From Planctomycetota bacterium (GTDB taxonomy: Bacteria; Planctomycetota; UBA11346): a DNA stretch of 64,000 nt. The DNA is taken from positions 64,001 through 128,000 of the forward strand of contig JBBRLJ010000003.1 in the NCBI GenBank assembly GCA_038231435.1, read 5' to 3'. Positions 28,544 to 38,566 of the stretch are shown here, piece by piece. Position 1 is the stretch's first letter; the number at the start of each line of letters is the position of its first letter. The translations under genes were made by a program, and so were the position numbers. The notes beneath the pieces are model-generated. The model was not told the origin of the DNA, did not search any database, and saw nothing but the letters and a program-made list of their open reading frames with translations.

Positions 28544-31500
28544 TGGAAACTCAACCGCCAGACCAAGCCCAGATCGTAGCCGTCGAAGCGATCACGCTCG
28601 CCATGGAGGAAGTAATGCCGGCTGAGCTCGTACTCGGTGTCGATGGTCTCCTGGCCGGTCGTGCTCAGCTGCTGTCCGACGCTGATGTCGAGCCGATCGA
28701 GATCGAGAAGCCCCGGCTCCTTGTCGGGATCCCCGGGGCCGAAGAATTCGTGCCACACCTCCTTCGCCAGGTACTTGCCGACGATGGTGAGCTCGGTGCG
28801 CCCGGAGCCCTGCTCCTCGCGCTCGCGGCCAGTCAGCCCGGTGGTCAGCAGCAGCACGCCCTCGCTGGATGACAGCGGCGGATCCGAATCCACGGTCACC
28901 TCGACATCGGGTAGGTCGCCAGCCGCGTGGACGCGCAGGTCGTAGTTCTTCAAGCGCGCCTCTCCGTCGGCCTCGAGCCGCGGATTGTAAGGCGTATCGA
29001 CCGGGAAGACCAGGGTCGCGTTGGTTATATGAATGGTGGTGAACGGCATTTTCAACCGCGCCTCCTCGCACCACACGCGGCCGCGCGGGATCGGCGCCTC
29101 GCCGCTGCCGCCCAGATGCGCGTCGAGCGAGCAGATGCCGCGGAAGATGTTGTTGTGGATGCGCAGGCAATCGAGGCCGTGGATCTCTATATCGAATGCC
29201 AGCGTCGACAGAGGCGGATCGCGCAGGCTGAACAGCGTGATGCCGTCGTCCTTGGCGCGATGCCCTCCGCTGGGACGGATGCGCGACAGCAGCTCGATGG
29301 GCTTCGAGTACAATGCGTCGGTCGGCCGCATCGAACCGGACAGGGTCATGGCCTCGATCGGGCCATGCAGGTGGAGATCGCAGTCCGCGCGTAGGCGCAG
29401 ATATTGGTTCCGGGTGAGCAATACGTTCTGTCCGTTGAGGAAGAGATCGAAGGCCGGCCTGCTCCACTCCCCGACATCGACCGTGCCGGTGACGGTGATG
29501 GGCTCGAAGCCCATGCGCGCCGTCAGCTCGTCCACCAGGACGCGCGTTCCCTCCAAGCGCAGCCGACCCTTGCCCTCGGAGATGGCGGGCAGATCCGAGC
29601 GAACCTTGAGGCCCACGTCGTCGAGCACCAGCGTGCCGCCCCAGCGCGGCATGAACGGCCGGCCGGAGACCTGCAGGGTACCCGACATGCTGCCGGACAG
29701 GCGCACCAGGGCCGGCAACAGCACGGAGGCACGCGCCAGCTGTACGTTCCCGACGGTGACGTCGCCGGACAGCTCGTCGCTCGTGAGCGATTCGATGAAA
29801 GCGAGCGGGCGATCCGGATCGAATGCCGCGACGCCTCCGACATCGCTCGCGATCGCGAGTCCGCCGCTATCGCGGGCGCGGATCGACGAGCGCCATCCGC
29901 GCAGATCGGCGCGCATGTGCACGTCGATCTCGGCGATCTCGTCGGGCTGCGACTTCAGATCCTCGGCGAGCGGAGCGATGCGCACCAGCAGTTCACGGAT
30001 CGCGAGATCGATCTTCGCGCCAGTCTCGTCGAGATCCGCCGTCACCCCGATGCATCCCGTTTCCGGCAGGTGGAAGCGCGCGGGCGCCAGTCCGGGCAGC
30101 ACCGCGGCGAATGCGCGGGCGTGCATGCGTGGGTGGCCCGCTCCGGGCACCGCCCCCGTCATTCCGAGCCGCACCGGCAGCGAACCGGTGACGGATACAT
30201 CGAGCACGTGATCGAGACGCGCATCGCAGCGTCCCAGACGCAGCCCCTCGGCGTCCTGGAGCGCGTCGATAGACAGCTCGGCGTCGCGGTCAGCGATGCG
30301 CAGCCCGAGCGTGCGCAGCCGCAACGATCCCTCGGGGGTGGCGGCCGGCCCATTCATCGCCAGCGAGAAGCTGGCGCGGCCCTCGACCTTGGGAAAGCCG
30401 ACGGGCGCGAACGCGCCAGGATGGACGTTGATGCCACTCACCGTGAGATCGATGCGCTCGCCGAGATCGCAGGCGAGCTCCAATCTGCCGCCCTCGGTCT
30501 CGATCGTGCACGGATCGATGCGCCAATGGCCGAAGGGGCCCGGGCCAGGTATATGCGAGACCGTGGTGGTTTCGCGCAGGCGCAGCGAGGCATGGTCATT
30601 CCCGGCCTGCGACAGGGCGAGGCGCGATATCCGCGCGGCGACGCCGCCGTCGTCGTCGAGCGACACCTCCCCGAGCAGATCCAGGCGCACCGGCCCATCG
30701 AGCTCCAGGCGATGGATGCTCAGGCCCCCATCGCCGAGGCCTGCCTTGGCCTCGAGCCCGCCGAGCACGTGGCCAGCGATGCGCAGTTCGCTCGCCGACA
30801 CTTCGACATAGGCGTGCGCGTCCCGCATGATTTGTTTCATGCCCCCCGAGAACGTGCCACCCGCAAGGATGACGCCATGCGCCGCGCCCGACATCGCGAT
30901 CGGACTGCCGGCCAATCTCGCCGCCTCGGCCAGATCCAGGACGTCGAATTCCACCCGCAGCTGCTCGGCAGTTCGCACCACCACGTCCACAGCTCCGCTG
31001 GCCGAGATGGCTCCCGCCGCAGCGCGGACGCGGGCGTGCTCGAGCACCAGGTTAGGCCACGCCAGGGAACCGGACACATCCAGCTCGCTTATGGCGCGAC
31101 CGGCCAAGCGCAGATCATGGCCGTCGAGGGTCGCCGCGGCATGGGGATCTCCGAGGGTGCCTTCGACGCGGCCGCGACCCGAACAGGTTCCACCCCAGCC
31201 GTCGCCCAGTCCTGGAAGGGCCTTGTCGGCGAGGTCTATGCTCCAGCTCGCCGACAGCGTCGCCTCGCGCCAACGGCTCAGGCTCGGCGGCAGCGTTCCC
31301 GAACCGTCGACATGCGCGGCCACGCCGTCGCCGAGGACGCTCGCGGAGAACGCCGTCAGGACAGTTCCGCCGTCGCCATCGGCCGCCACGGTGATGGCGA
31401 GCGCGCCGCGCCCACGCAGTGCCGCCGGCACTTCGAGACCCAGGCCAGCGGCGGCGCCGGAGGCGTCCGGAACGCTCAGGCGCAGTCGGCGGACTCCGCT

Positions 31501-32637
31501 GGGCATCCAGCCCGCGCGCGGATCGAGGATGAGATCGGTGATCTCGGCCTGGACGACTGAAGACGCGAGATCCAGGTGGGCGAGCGCCAGGCCCGCCGGC
31601 GACCACGAACCGCTTGCCTCGAGGGTCTCGATGTCGAATCCGCGCCACACGGATCCACGCAGGCGGATCGATCCTTCCGCGCGCCAAGCCGCGTCGTCGC
31701 CGTCCATGCGCGCGTCGAGGCTGCCGCTGACCGTGCCCCGGCTCGGAGTCTCGACGAGTCGCGCCAGCCACGGCGGCACGGTTCTGAGATCGACCCCGTC
31801 GATCTCGGCGGACACGTGCGAACGGGACAGGTCGGCCGTGACCTCGCCTCCCGCGATGCCGATACGCGCGCGCAGGCGCGGTGCGCGGCCGAGCCCGTCG
31901 AGCACCAAGCTGCGCAAGTCGATCCCAGCGATCGTGCCCTCACCACGATCGCCTTCGATGGTGAAGGCGTCGCCATCGCGACTGACGCGCATGTGGACCG
32001 CTTGCTCGGCGATGCCGAGCTCGGGACAGGCGAGGCTGGCCAGCGACAGGTCGGCAGCATCGCGCCCATCGCTGACCAGCGAGAATCCCTCGAGCGCGAA
32101 CGTCCCCGACTCGCCTCCCGGCAGCGGCAGACGCACGCTCACCCGGCCGCGCAGCTCGATGGCCGGCAACCGCGCGGGCAGCCGCGCGAACATCGAGGGC
32201 TTCGGCGCTTTTCGAACAGCGGGCGCCGCCGCGGCGGCGGGCCGCGTCAGATCGATGCGCAGGTCTAGACCTTCAATGCGCAGCGAGTGCAGGCCCGAGA
32301 GCGGACGACTACGCAACAGGTCGACGATGCCGTAGGTGACCTCCAGCCGATCCCATGACAGATGCGAGAGCGGACCGGTTTCCGGAGCTTCCTCGGTGCG
32401 CAGGTCGACCAGCACGGCGTCGCTGAACCATGCGCCGCGCACCCCTTTGGCGGTGAAGCGGCCGCCGAAGGTCTCGGAGAGCTTCGCGGCCACGAGGTTA
32501 CCCAGGGGCCGGCCGAACAAGGGTCCGCGCAGCAGGTAGGCTCCGACCACCAGGACCACGAGCGACAACGCGCCAAGGAGCACGAAGCGCCGTAGCCGAT
32601 GTCGACGCGCTGGAGGTGTGGTACGAACGGATGGCAT
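28540..32637 (-). CDS. tamB: Translocation and assembly module TamB-like protein
   Basis: N-terminal TM anchor, long beta-rich body, and DUF490-like C-terminus (SDPPLSSSEGVLLLTTG, EYELSRHYFLHGERD). ATGA overlap with the Omp85 gene. Confidence 0.82.
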   Translation of the reverse strand: MPSVRTTPPARRHRLRRFVLLGALSLVVLVVGAYLLRGPLFGRPLGNLVAAKLSETFGGRFTAKGVRGAWFSDAVLVDLRTEEAPETGPLSHLSWDRLEVTYGIVDLLRSRPLSGLHSLRIEGLDLRIDLTRPAAAAAPAVRKAPKPSMFARLPARLPAIELRGRVSVRLPLPGGESGTFALEGFSLVSDGRDAADLSLASLACPELGIAEQAVHMRVSRDGDAFTIEGDRGEGTIAGIDLRSLVLDGLGRAPRLRARIGIAGGEVTADLSRSHVSAEIDGVDLRTVPPWLARLVETPSRGTVSGSLDARMDGDDAAWRAEGSIRLRGSVWRGFDIETLEASGSWSPAGLALAHLDLASSVVQAEITDLILDPRAGWMPSGVRRLRLSVPDASGAAAGLGLEVPAALRGRGALAITVAADGDGGTVLTAFSASVLGDGVAAHVDGSGTLPPSLSRWREATLSASWSIDLADKALPGLGDGWGGTCSGRGRVEGTLGDPHAAATLDGHDLRLAGRAISELDVSGSLAWPNLVLEHARVRAAAGAISASGAVDVVVRTAEQLRVEFDVLDLAEAARLAGSPIAMSGAAHGVILAGGTFSGGMKQIMRDAHAYVEVSASELRIAGHVLGGLEAKAGLGDGGLSIHRLELDGPVRLDLLGEVSLDDDGGVAARISRLALSQAGNDHASLRLRETTTVSHIPGPGPFGHWRIDPCTIETEGGRLELACDLGERIDLTVSGINVHPGAFAPVGFPKVEGRASFSLAMNGPAATPEGSLRLRTLGLRIADRDAELSIDALQDAEGLRLGRCDARLDHVLDVSVTGSLPVRLGMTGAVPGAGHPRMHARAFAAVLPGLAPARFHLPETGCIGVTADLDETGAKIDLAIRELLVRIAPLAEDLKSQPDEIAEIDVHMRADLRGWRSSIRARDSGGLAIASDVGGVAAFDPDRPLAFIESLTSDELSGDVTVGNVQLARASVLLPALVRLSGSMSGTLQVSGRPFMPRWGGTLVLDDVGLKVRSDLPAISEGKGRLRLEGTRVLVDELTARMGFEPITVTGTVDVGEWSRPAFDLFLNGQNVLLTRNQYLRLRADCDLHLHGPIEAMTLSGSMRPTDALYSKPIELLSRIRPSGGHRAKDDGITLFSLRDPPLSTLAFDIEIHGLDCLRIHNNIFRGICSLDAHLGGSGEAPIPRGRVWCEEARLKMPFTTIHITNATLVFPVDTPYNPRLEADGEARLKNYDLRVHAAGDLPDVEVTVDSDPPLSSSEGVLLLTTGLTGREREEQGSGRTELTIVGKYLAKEVWHEFFGPGDPDKEPGLLDLDRLDISVGQQLSTTGQETIDTEYELSRHYFLHGERDRFDGYDLGLVWRLSFH

Positions 32638-32800
32638 GGGCGGGTCGCCCAGCCTAGGGCCACGAGCCCCCTCGGCGATGGGCAAGAATCGAGCTATACA
32701 CGCCGAACCCACCTACCAGCCGGGGTCTACGCCATTTCTCCACTGCTTCGGACCGCGAGGAGAGCTGTCCAGGCGGGGCCGATGCGCCGTCTCAGCGCGC

Positions 32801-35800
32801 TCAACGCTGCAGGTCTCGCCGGCGCGCACCGACGAGCTTGAGCAGGGCGAGCGTGGTGAACATCGCGGCGAGTCCGCCGGTGCCGCAGCCCTTATGCGGG
32901 CTGCCACCCATCTCGCCAGCGTTCGAAGCCGATGCCGAGAGGGTATCGACGTAGGTGTAACCGTTGGCCATGCTGGCGGTCTGGCTCGATACTGTGACCG
33001 CCACGCTCTTGGCGCCGGCACTCCCCGAGGGGACGATGCAACTGATCGACGTGGGGCTCAGCACCGTCACTCCGATGGCCGCCACGCCTCCGATCGTCAC
33101 GGTCGATCCGGATGCGAAATTCGAGCCCGAGATGGTCACGCCGTTACCTCCGGCGATCGATCCACTCGCGGGCGAAATGGACGAGATCGTTGGCGCGGGC
33201 GCGAGATAGGTGAAGCTGTTGGTGAGGGTCGTGGTCTGGGCAGACACGGTCACCGCAACCGACTTCGCGCCAGCCGCTCCGACCGGGGTGGTGCAAGTGA
33301 TCGAGGTCGCGCTCACGACCGTCACACCAGTCGCGGCCGCGCCGCCGATCGTCACCGTCGCGCCGGCAGCGAAATTCGTCCCCGTGATGGTGACCAGGGT
33401 GCCTCCGGCGGTCGGGCCGCTGCTGGGCGAGATCGAGGACACCGTTGGCGCTCCAGGCGCGACGTAGCTGAAGCCGTTGGTCAAAGTCGCCGTCTGCCCC
33501 GCGGTGGATACGATGACCGACTTGGCTCCCGCCGTGCCTGCTGGGGTGACGCAGGTGATGGTGGTCGGCCCCACCAGCACCACACTGGTCGCAGCGACCC
33601 CACCGATCGTCACTGACGTCGCACCGGAAAAATCCGTGCCGGTGATGGTCACTGCCGTGCCGCCAGCGGTCGGACCGTTGCTCGGAGCGATTCCGCTGAT
33701 CACAGGTGCCGGCACCACGAAGGTGAAGCCGTTGGTCAAGGTCGCCGTCTGGCTGGAGACCGTCACGGCCACAGTCCTGGCTCCCGCTGCGCCAGCAGGC
33801 GTCATGCACGAGATCGATGTCGGGCCGAGCACGGTCACGCTGGTCGCGCTCGCGCCGCCGATCGTGACCGTGGCCCCCACTGAGAATCCTGTGCCGGAAA
33901 TGGTCACGCTGGTGCCCCCCGCCGTGGTTCCGGAACTCGGCGAGATCGAAGAGATGGTTGGCGCCGGCGCGACATAGGTGAAGCCGTTGGTGAGCGTGGC
34001 GGACTGCCCGGAGACCGTGACCACCACGTTCCTGGCTCCAGCCGCCCCCGCGGGGGATGTGCACGTGAGCGAGGAGGCGCTCGCCACTGAAACCCCCGTC
34101 GCGGAAGCGCCGCCGATCGTCACGGTGGTCGCACCGTTGACGAAATTCGTACCGGTGATGGTCACGCTGGTACCGCCCGCGGTGGTGCCGGTGGACGGCG
34201 AGATCGATGCGACGGTCGGCGCCGGAGCCACGTAGGTGAATGCGTTCGAGAGCGTCACCGTCTGTGATGATTCCGTCACCGACACGTCCCTGGCACCAGC
34301 GCTGCCGGCGGGCGTCGTGCAGGTGATCGTGGTGCCACTGGTCACCGTGACGTTGGTGGCCGCCGTTCCACCGATGGAAACAGTCGCCCCCGCAGTGAAG
34401 CCTGAGCCGCTGATGGTCACGTTGGTGCCACCCGCGATCGTGCCACTGGACGGCGAGATGGACGCCACGGTATGGCTCGCGCCTGCTCCGCCGAAGATGA
34501 GCACGGCCATCGAGCCGTTTATGGGCAAGTTCACCGAATACGTGCTGCCGCTCACTGTGGTGGTGGTCGGAGAGGGAAGGACGCCGCTGGCCTTCGGCTG
34601 TGGGAAGAGGACGCCGTTCATGATGCTCGAGTTCACGGCCCAGGTACCCGCGGTGTTCTGCAGGGTGCTGATCTCAAGGGCCTTGCCGTCCGGATTGTAG
34701 CCGCCAGTGAACGATAGGGTCACATCCTGCGCTAGGTCCGGGTTTCTGTTGCAGAGCATGACTTGGATCTTGCCATCGCTGGTCTTGGTGGCGTATGCGC
34801 TCAGGGTGGTCCCAGCGTCGGCGGGATTGGCCACTTCGAGCACGCTCGTCCCCAGCTTCTGCGCCAAGGTGAGCGCCAAGAACGGGGCGTTGACGTCTCC
34901 GCGCATGGGCGCGCGGTAGCCATCCCAGTTTGCGATCATGCCGTAGCTCTGGGCGATGGTACCGAGGCAGAACTGGGTGTTACCGGCCACGCCAAGCTGA
35001 TGCATCATGCCGACGATGTCCGCGTCGTTCACGCCGGTGAAGGTGTAATCGTAGTCGCCCCACCCTCCGGGATTGATCCAGTTCCACTCGGTGATGTAGA
35101 TGGGGAGCGCGCGCGTATCGTAAAGCGCAATCTGGGCCTTGGCATCGTTGATGAAGTTCGCGAGCAAGGTCTGGGCGGCGTTGCGGCGATAGTCAGGTCC
35201 GGGGAAGTTGAAGCCGCCGCCAGCGTACCAGTGGAGGCTGACGCCATCGACCTTGCCATCACCCGACTTGTTGCCATGCGCCTGGAGGAACAGCGCCAGG
35301 TTGCTGATCAGGGTGGTGCCCGGGCCGATCATCGGGATGGACGGGCTCACCGATTTGAGCGCATCGTACTGCAGGCCGAAGGTCGCGTTGTAGGTCGCCA
35401 TGTAGGTGGCGGCGGGCTGGGTCTTCTGCGGTCCATACTCCGGCTCGTTGCCACCCTCCCACATACCGACCTGGATGCCGTTGGCCTTCATGTAGGCATC
35501 GATGGCTTTCACCGTCGTGGCCGAATTCTGCCCAGTGCCGTTGGCGTCGTAGATGTTGGTCTGGTAGAGCAGCTTGCCGCCGCCGGCGTTCGCCAAAGCC
35601 CAGGCTTCGGCGATGGTGCGATTGCCCGCGCTTCCGGGCGCCTGCCAATCGAACCAGTCGCACGGGATGCCGCCAGGGAAGCGCACTAGGCCGAAGCGGC
35701 TCGCCTTCATGTCGTTGATCGACGTGGGATCGGCGCCGAGGTCGTTCCAGTAGGCGACGAAGTTCGTGCCGGTGTAATCCTGTCGGACGGTGCTGGTCAC

Positions 35801-35950
35801 GGTGGTGTCGTGGACCACTACCGATACCGCGCCGCTCGCGAGCGCCGGTGCGATGACGGGGACCAAGATCGCGACGGCCAACCCGAGCGCTAAGCCCGCG
35901 CAGCGGTCGGCGATGGCAGAGCTCAAGACGGCTATCGAGGGACGGGGCAT
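32801..35950 (-). CDS. Secreted clan GH-A-like glycoside hydrolase with six IPT/TIG domains and a C-terminal membrane/sorting tail
   Basis: Signal peptide; RFPGG..DWFDW, WEGGNEPE, SLHWY, ITEWN; six SISPxxGxxAGGxxVTIxG...FTY repeats; tail GCGTGG-hydrophobic-RRR. Confidence 0.85.
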   Translation of the reverse strand: MPRPSIAVLSSAIADRCAGLALGLAVAILVPVIAPALASGAVSVVVHDTTVTSTVRQDYTGTNFVAYWNDLGADPTSINDMKASRFGLVRFPGGIPCDWFDWQAPGSAGNRTIAEAWALANAGGGKLLYQTNIYDANGTGQNSATTVKAIDAYMKANGIQVGMWEGGNEPEYGPQKTQPAATYMATYNATFGLQYDALKSVSPSIPMIGPGTTLISNLALFLQAHGNKSGDGKVDGVSLHWYAGGGFNFPGPDYRRNAAQTLLANFINDAKAQIALYDTRALPIYITEWNWINPGGWGDYDYTFTGVNDADIVGMMHQLGVAGNTQFCLGTIAQSYGMIANWDGYRAPMRGDVNAPFLALTLAQKLGTSVLEVANPADAGTTLSAYATKTSDGKIQVMLCNRNPDLAQDVTLSFTGGYNPDGKALEISTLQNTAGTWAVNSSIMNGVLFPQPKASGVLPSPTTTTVSGSTYSVNLPINGSMAVLIFGGAGASHTVASISPSSGTIAGGTNVTISGSGFTAGATVSIGGTAATNVTVTSGTTITCTTPAGSAGARDVSVTESSQTVTLSNAFTYVAPAPTVASISPSTGTTAGGTSVTITGTNFVNGATTVTIGGASATGVSVASASSLTCTSPAGAAGARNVVVTVSGQSATLTNGFTYVAPAPTISSISPSSGTTAGGTSVTISGTGFSVGATVTIGGASATSVTVLGPTSISCMTPAGAAGARTVAVTVSSQTATLTNGFTFVVPAPVISGIAPSNGPTAGGTAVTITGTDFSGATSVTIGGVAATSVVLVGPTTITCVTPAGTAGAKSVIVSTAGQTATLTNGFSYVAPGAPTVSSISPSSGPTAGGTLVTITGTNFAAGATVTIGGAAATGVTVVSATSITCTTPVGAAGAKSVAVTVSAQTTTLTNSFTYLAPAPTISSISPASGSIAGGNGVTISGSNFASGSTVTIGGVAAIGVTVLSPTSISCIVPSGSAGAKSVAVTVSSQTASMANGYTYVDTLSASASNAGEMGGSPHKGCGTGGLAAMFTTLALLKLVGARRRDLQR

Positions 35951-36083
35951 GGCGGCCTCCGGCACTCCTTCCGCGCGCGGATGGCTTTCGGACCCCCTGC
36001 GCGCGGGGGCCACGCGCGTGTACGCTACACGCGCTCGCTCGATTCACGCTCAAGCGCAAGCGCTCAGATGGCTTATGTCTCGA

Positions 36084-38183
36084 TCAGCCGAGAGCCTTGG
36101 CAGCAGCAACGATGCCGCCAGCATCGATGCCGTGCTTCTTGTACAGCTCCTCGGCCAGGTACGCGCTCTGTCCGAATTCGCCATGCACGCCCAGCATCTT
36201 CACCTTGGGCAGGGCCCCCGCCTGGGCGAGCGCCGCCACCAGCATCGAGCCGGCTCCACCGATCAGCTGGTGGTCCTCGACGGTCACCAGCTTGCCGCCG
36301 CACTTCTGGATGGCTGCCTGATGGCCGGCAACGTCTGGACGGTTCGGCGTGGAATTGTTCAGCACCAGCGCGCCGATGCCATTCTTGGCGAGGGCGTCGG
36401 CAGCCTTGATCGCCTGCACCAGCATCGAGCCGTTGGCGCTGATGACGACCGACGACGGCTTGCCGGCAGTGGTGTCGAGGACGGTCATCGCCTTGCCCCA
36501 GGCGTAGGTCGCGCCCTCAGGCTTGAGCGACACCGGGAAATTCTCACGGCCGACGAAGAAGACGACGGTGTCGGGATGTTTGCCCGCCTTGCGCTCGTCG
36601 GCGAAACGCTGGATCGCAGCGCCCATCGCCCACTCGGCCTCCTCGGCTGACGCCGGGCAGTACTGGCTGACGTGCGGGATCGCCCCGGTCATCGCCAGGT
36701 ACTGCAACGCTTGGTGCGAGGCGCCGTCGGCGGCGTCCTGGAAACCGGTGTGCGAGAACACCGCGATGACGCCCGATTGGCTGAGGTTCGCCATGCAGAT
36801 CGGCAGCAGGCCCTTGGTGACGCCGAACTGCGCGAAGGTGTCGACCACCGGGATGTAGCCCATCTTCGAGAAGCCGGCCGCGGTCGAGACCATGTTGGAC
36901 TCGGCGACGCCGACCTCGAACGACAGCTGCGGATACTTGGCGCGGAAAGGCGCGACGCCGGTCGAGCCCTGCAGGTCGGCACTCACCGAGACCACCGGCA
37001 GGCCCTTGTCGGCCGCCGCGATCATCGCCTTGGGGAACCCTGACTGGATCTTGTCCTTCTTGATGGGGGCCGCGGTCGGCTTGGCCTGAGACTCGACCGA
37101 CTTGGCCTTCTCTGCTTCCTTGGCGGCGTGCGCCTTGGCTGCTTCCTCGATCTCGGAGAGCCACGCGCCGAACACGTCGTTCAGCGGCTTTCCGCCATTA
37201 ATCTCCAACACGAACGGGCGCAGCTGCTCAGCCTTGGTCAGCGGGAAGCCGTGGCCGCCGCTGGCGGACTTCATCTGCGCCGCGACACCGAAACCCTTGA
37301 TGGTCTTGGCCCACAACGCCACCGGCCTGGTGGGATCCTTCTCGGCCGCGGCGATCGCCGCTTCGACTGCGCTGAAAGCCTGCTGCAGATCGTTGCCGTG
37401 ATCGCAGGCGACGATCGTCCAGCCCTGGGCCGCGAGCGAGCCCAGGTACGGCTCCATCGAGAACGCATCGGCATCGATGCGGCCAGAGAGTTTGGTGTTG
37501 TTGTCCGAGATCACGAGCACGAAGGGATTGCACATGCCCTTGGCGGCGAAGCCGGGGATGGCGGCGACCGATTCCTTGGCCTCGCCTTCCATCATCGCGC
37601 CGTCGGAGATGACGCAGATGGTGGTGCGCTTGGAGTCGGCGAGGCGATCCGCGAGCGCGAGGCCCTGGGCCACCGGGATCGATGATCCGAGCGGGCCGTT
37701 CGAGACCATCACGCCTTCGGGAAAGAGATGGCTCTCGCCGTGACCAGTGAGCTTGGAAGCGATCGAGCGGAAGCCCTTCATGTCCTGGATGGTGAGGCCG
37801 GCGAAGCCGTAGTTGGCCTTGAGCGCGTAGACGCCGTTCTCGGTGTGACCGGCATCGTTCACGAAATTGAAATGATCATGCCAGACCCCAGGACGCGAGA
37901 ACATCACGCCATGGATCGACGACATCAGCTCGGCCAGCGCGGCCGGGCCGCCGAAGTGGCAGGCGGCGCCGCCGGTGACCGCGTTCATGTCCATCAGCGA
38001 CACGATGGTGCGCGTGGCGACGGGGTCGGCGACCTGGAACTTGCTGCCGTCGGCGCGCGTGACCGTCGCCGCCCACTGCGGCGCGCGCGCGGGATTGCCG
38101 GCGAGCGGATTCGGGTAGGCGAGGCCCTTGCGGTGGCGCTGTTCGGGCGGGACGGCGGCGGCGGCGGCGAGTTCGGTGCCCAT
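36084..38183 (-). CDS. tkt: Transketolase-family ThDP-dependent enzyme (divergent single-chain type)
   Basis: HFGG, DAGH, LTGHGE, GPLGS, SDG(x)nNN ThDP motif, TIKGFG, ADLQGST, EVGVAESNMV, DGASHQ, VEDHQ. Confidence 0.85.
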   Translation of the reverse strand: MGTELAAAAAVPPEQRHRKGLAYPNPLAGNPARAPQWAATVTRADGSKFQVADPVATRTIVSLMDMNAVTGGAACHFGGPAALAELMSSIHGVMFSRPGVWHDHFNFVNDAGHTENGVYALKANYGFAGLTIQDMKGFRSIASKLTGHGESHLFPEGVMVSNGPLGSSIPVAQGLALADRLADSKRTTICVISDGAMMEGEAKESVAAIPGFAAKGMCNPFVLVISDNNTKLSGRIDADAFSMEPYLGSLAAQGWTIVACDHGNDLQQAFSAVEAAIAAAEKDPTRPVALWAKTIKGFGVAAQMKSASGGHGFPLTKAEQLRPFVLEINGGKPLNDVFGAWLSEIEEAAKAHAAKEAEKAKSVESQAKPTAAPIKKDKIQSGFPKAMIAAADKGLPVVSVSADLQGSTGVAPFRAKYPQLSFEVGVAESNMVSTAAGFSKMGYIPVVDTFAQFGVTKGLLPICMANLSQSGVIAVFSHTGFQDAADGASHQALQYLAMTGAIPHVSQYCPASAEEAEWAMGAAIQRFADERKAGKHPDTVVFFVGRENFPVSLKPEGATYAWGKAMTVLDTTAGKPSSVVISANGSMLVQAIKAADALAKNGIGALVLNNSTPNRPDVAGHQAAIQKCGGKLVTVEDHQLIGGAGSMLVAALAQAGALPKVKMLGVHGEFGQSAYLAEELYKKHGIDAGGIVAAAKALG

Positions 38184-38370
38184 GGGATATCCTCTCGAAA
38201 GCTCCGCGTTCGCGGCGAATGGGTGTGTGCCGGATGAAACCGATCCGGCGGCGTGGAGATGGTGAGGCCGAACCGGGCGGTGCAAGCGGGTCGCGCCGTC
38301 GTCGCACGGCTCCCCCGCGTAGGAACCGGGGGCCCCAGCGCCCCGCGATGGGGCGGGCGCCGAGGGGCGC

Positions 38371-38491
38371 TCGGCGGATACAATCGGCGTAGCCGATCCG
38401 CCGACGATGTCGCAGCGCAGCGAAGACATCGAGCCCCGACAAAGCCCGTGGGGTAGGCCCGCTCAGGGCCGTAGGGGCGAAGCCCCTGAAA
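38371..38491. repeat. Structured intergenic repeat, family B, copy 2 (inverted relative to copy 1)
   Basis: GGCCGTAGGGGCGAAGCCCCTGAAA (38467-38491) is the exact reverse complement of 21668-21692; AGACATCGAGCCCCGACAAAGcCCGTGGGG matches 21768-21797 with one mismatch. Confidence 0.8.
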
Positions 38492-38566
38492 ACATAAGCA
38501 GGTGCCGCACGGCACTGAAATCCGACTGTTTCCCCATGACAGCTGTGTCCGGAAGGGTACAAGGCC

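Noticed and set aside
26423..32637. tamB-before-tamA order as a novelty
   Set aside because: This order is common outside Enterobacteria.
32950..34480. ~255-bp periodic repeats
   Set aside because: They encode six diverged IPT/TIG domains; not a CRISPR array or mobile repeat.
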